From Prorocentrum cordatum (Eukaryota), in contig CAUYUJ010000199.1 in NCBI GenBank assembly GCA_963575745.1, positions 1-64,000 of the forward strand: 64,000 bases of DNA. The letters run 5' to 3'. Positions 60,858 to 64,000 of this stretch are shown piece by piece (positions within the stretch are counted from its first letter, which is position 1; the number at the start of each line of letters is the position of its first letter). The notes below the pieces were generated by a model. The model had not been told where the DNA came from and searched no databases. It saw only the letters and a program-made list of their open reading frames with translations. A program made the position numbers and the translations under genes.

Positions 60858-61530
60858 CGGTGGTGGTGGTGGTGGTGGTGGTGGTGGGTTGTTGTGGTGG
60901 TGGTGGTGGTGGCGGTGGTGGTGGTTGTGGTGGTGTTGTGTTGGTGGTTTTGTTTGTGGTGGTGGTGTTTGTGGTGGTGGGTGGTGGGGGTGGTGGTGGT
61001 GGTGGTAGTGGTGGTGGTGGTGGTGGTCGTGGTGGGGGTGGTGGTGGTGGTGGTAGTGGTGGTGGTGGTGGTGGTTTGGTGATGGTGGTGTGGCGATTTG
61101 TTGTGGCGGTGGTGGTGGGTTGTGGTGGCGGCGGTGGTGGTGGTTTGGTGGTGGTGTGGTGGTTGTTTGGTGGTGGTGGTGGGTTGTGATGGTGGTGGTG
61201 GTTTGTGGAGGTGGTGCTGGTGGTGGTGGCGGTGGTGATGGTGGTGTTGTGGTTTGTGGTGGTGGTTGTGGCGGTGGTGGTAGTGTGGTGGTGGTTGCGG
61301 CGGTGGCGGTGGTGGTGGTGTGGTAGATTGGTTGTGGTGGCAGTGGTGGTGGGTTTTTGTGGTGGTGGTGGTGGTGGTGGTGAGTTGTGGTGGTGGTGGT
61401 TGTGGTGGTGGTGGCTGTGGTGGTTGTGGTTGTGTGGTGGGTTGGTGGTGGTGGTGGTGGTGGTTGTGTGGTGGGTTGGTGGTTGGTGGGTTGAGGTGGT
61501 GGTGGTGGTGGTAGTGGTGGTGGTGGTGGT
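60858..61530. repeat. Degenerate (GGT)n microsatellite
   Basis: Read directly from the sequence. Confidence 0.95.
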
Positions 61531-62079
61531 GCTGGCAATCGTCGCTGCGTCTCCGCCGTCGCCGGCGACGGCGCGAGGGTGGTGCTTTGAACCTGCCCCC
61601 CCCCCCCTTGGGTTGGTTCTGGCCATCGTCGCTGCGTCCCCGCCGTCGGCGCTGCTGGCGGCCGCCAGCGCCGGCGCCGGCCCCGGGGGGCGGGGGGGTG
61701 TTTTGAACCCCCCCCGTCCCCTTTGGGAGGTTGGAGGGAAGGAGGGCTTCGGGAGGGGGCGGGAGGGAGGGGGTTGGGGGGGAGAGGGGCACGGCGCCGA
61801 GTGTTGGGGGCGGCCCACCCCCGTGCTCGAAACGCGCCGCCGACTGTTCCCAATTCGAGCGCCCGTGAAACGCGCTCTCTCTCGGACTTATCGACTCCCG
61901 GGGAACCTATGCAACATACATATGATTCTGACCCAATGTCCATCCGAACTGCGAATTCATTCTATCCCAGCCAAGCCTGTATCGGTCCCCCTTCGGCTCC
62001 CTTACAAAGAATAACTATGCGCGCGCACTCGTTTATCAAAATCATACACTGTCATAAATCCTTTGCAACAGATCTGACG

Positions 62080-64000
62080 AAGTGCGCACGCGCGCGTCGT
62101 CGCGCGCGCATGCCGAAGTCTTTTGTTTTTGAAAGGACTTCAAAGTTGAGTGTGCAGAGCACACAAACACAGGGTTTCGCAACACGGATGTTTAACAACA
62201 ACATGCGGTTTTTGCAACTTTCCAAGACAACATGTTTTTTTTTTACATTTCAATACATGCTACCAAGCGGGCTTCGCGCGCGCGCGTGTCGAAATCGATC
62301 GAACGCCCTTGCGCGCGTGCTGGGGTGGCACGATCCGTACCAAGTAACACCATGCGGGCCACTCTCGCGCGACTGCCGCGCGCGCATTTTGAAGCCCTCC
62401 CTAAACCCTTATCGCCGACGCGAAGACGCCGTCATCGTCGTCGGCGTGATCAGCATCGGCGCCGTCACATGCTGCCCCGTCGTCGCTGTCAGCATCATTG
62501 CCAGCATCGCTATTATCAGCATCGTGTCTACCGTTGTCGACGTTGTCATGATACCGCGCCCGCCCAAGTCGCCGACTCGCACTGCAGTGCCCGCTGGGCG
62601 CGCCGAGCGGTCAGCGCCACCGCGTTCGCGTCGGTCGCGCCAAACTTGCCGGGCGCTGCCCGCGCGAGCATGCGCGGGCTAGCGCGGCCGCAGGGATGCA
62701 CCAGCCAAAACCCAGCACTTCGCAATCGCTCCCGCATGGGGTTTGCAACCCAAGTTGCAGGTAGGTGGGTGCGATGATTGCGAGAGCAGTGGAGTTGACA
62801 ACTTCGCGTTCGGCAAGTGGATTGCACGACATAGATGGCACCGCGTAGGATGCACCATGTAGATTGCACCACGTACGACGCACCACCTATAGTGTTCCAC
62901 ATACGTTGCATGGCGTCCATTGCTCCATCTGGATTGCATCGTGTCTAGTGCACGACGTATGCGGCACATCATTTTCTTTGCATCGTATTTCGCACATGGT
63001 TGAGTGCACGACGTATGTGGCACGGCACAGTTTTTCCCCACACAAGTTGCACCACGTAGGTTCTCCTTGTTTGAACAATAAAGACTCCCTCCCTTCGGGG
63101 ATCATCCGTTCGCCCTTTCGCGTTGCAGTTGACATGTGGTTTTGTCCCATCGTTTATCCTAAAGTTGCATTTGCGCCGTCCCACGGGGGCCGGCATCGGC
63201 ACCTCCCGCCATCCCGTGCAAAAGTATTCAGCGCGCGCAGTGGTTTACCACACCTCATAAGTTGTCAAGAGTACCTTGTGCAACAATTTTGCGAAGCGCA
63301 CGCGCGCGTCGTCGGGCGCGCGCGCCGAAACCCTTCAAGCGCATTGGACTTCCGAGGGATTTTTAAAACGAGCGACCAGATAACATGTAAAACACAAGGC
63401 TTCGCCACGCGGGCATTCAAAATAGAAACTCGCGCGCGACTTCTTGCGAATTCTGAAGGATACCATTTGGTTTTTCAGCAATTTTAAGTTGCGCTACCAA
63501 GCGGGCTTCGCGCGCGCACGTCGAAATCGCGCAAGCCCCATGCGCGCGCGCCGTCGCGAGAATCGTTTGCAACAACTGGGGCGAAGTGCGCGCGGGCGTC
63601 GTCGCGCGGGCATGTCAAAATTAGCGAAACACTTTCGGTGCCGAATGTCCAAAACCATACGACAAACGCATGGTTTCGCAACATCAGTTTTCAAAACAGC
63701 GGTCGCTCGCGCTCTTGCGAAATTCTGCGGGTACACAAGGTGTTCTTCTCTTCTTCTTCTTAACATCCCCATTCGATTCTGCTAAACGGGCCTTTCGCGC
63801 CGCGTGCCGACATCATTGGCGCGCCTTTGCGCGCGGTTTGGGAGGGGGGGGCGCGGCCCGAGTCGCATGATGCCGCGCGGGCCACTCGCGCGTCGGCCGC
63901 GCGCGCATGTCGAACTCATTCTAAAACCTTCATCACCGACGCGAGAGCGCCGTCATCGTCGTCGCCGCGATCAGCGTCGGCGCCGCGCCGGCCGCGCATT
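62080..64000 (+). repeat. CGCG-rich interspersed repeat in three partial direct copies
   Basis: GCGCGCGTCGTCG...AAAACRCANGGYTTCGCAAC...CCAAGCGGGCTTCGCGCG at about 62085, 63297 and 63585; CGACGCGA...CGCCGTCATCGTCGTC at about 62415 and 63936. Confidence 0.7.

Overview
Repeat-saturated, GC-rich eukaryotic genomic DNA. Relic copies of the dinoflagellate spliced leader (DinoSL, DCCGTAGCCATTTTGGCTCAAG) and a probable non-canonical GA-donor intron point to a dinoflagellate (inference). Most ORFs in the track are artefacts of satellites and microsatellites. The main feature is a ~9.94-kb element (12698-22636) bounded by bipartite terminal inverted repeats and an imperfect 6- or 8-bp target-site duplication. 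It carries four co-oriented minus-strand genes: a CMC/EnSpm(CACTA)/Plavaka-type DDE transposase, a C5 cytosine DNA methyltransferase-like protein, a protein with an N-terminal SHP box (Cdc48/p97-binding-like) plus a SUMO-interaction-like motif, and a KRPA-repeat acidic protein. Each of the four start codons is preceded by a spliced-leader-like 21-22-mer. Also present: an SL-tagged processed pseudogene (membrane segments plus a HET-like domain), a PIF1/Helitron-like helicase remnant, a second decayed DDE transposase, several MITE-like or hairpin elements, a satellite-carrying element family with a shared terminal hairpin, AT-rich islands with a cryptic ~35-bp motif, many simple repeats and a 100-N scaffold gap. 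All protein assignments are by eye from motifs; no database search was run.
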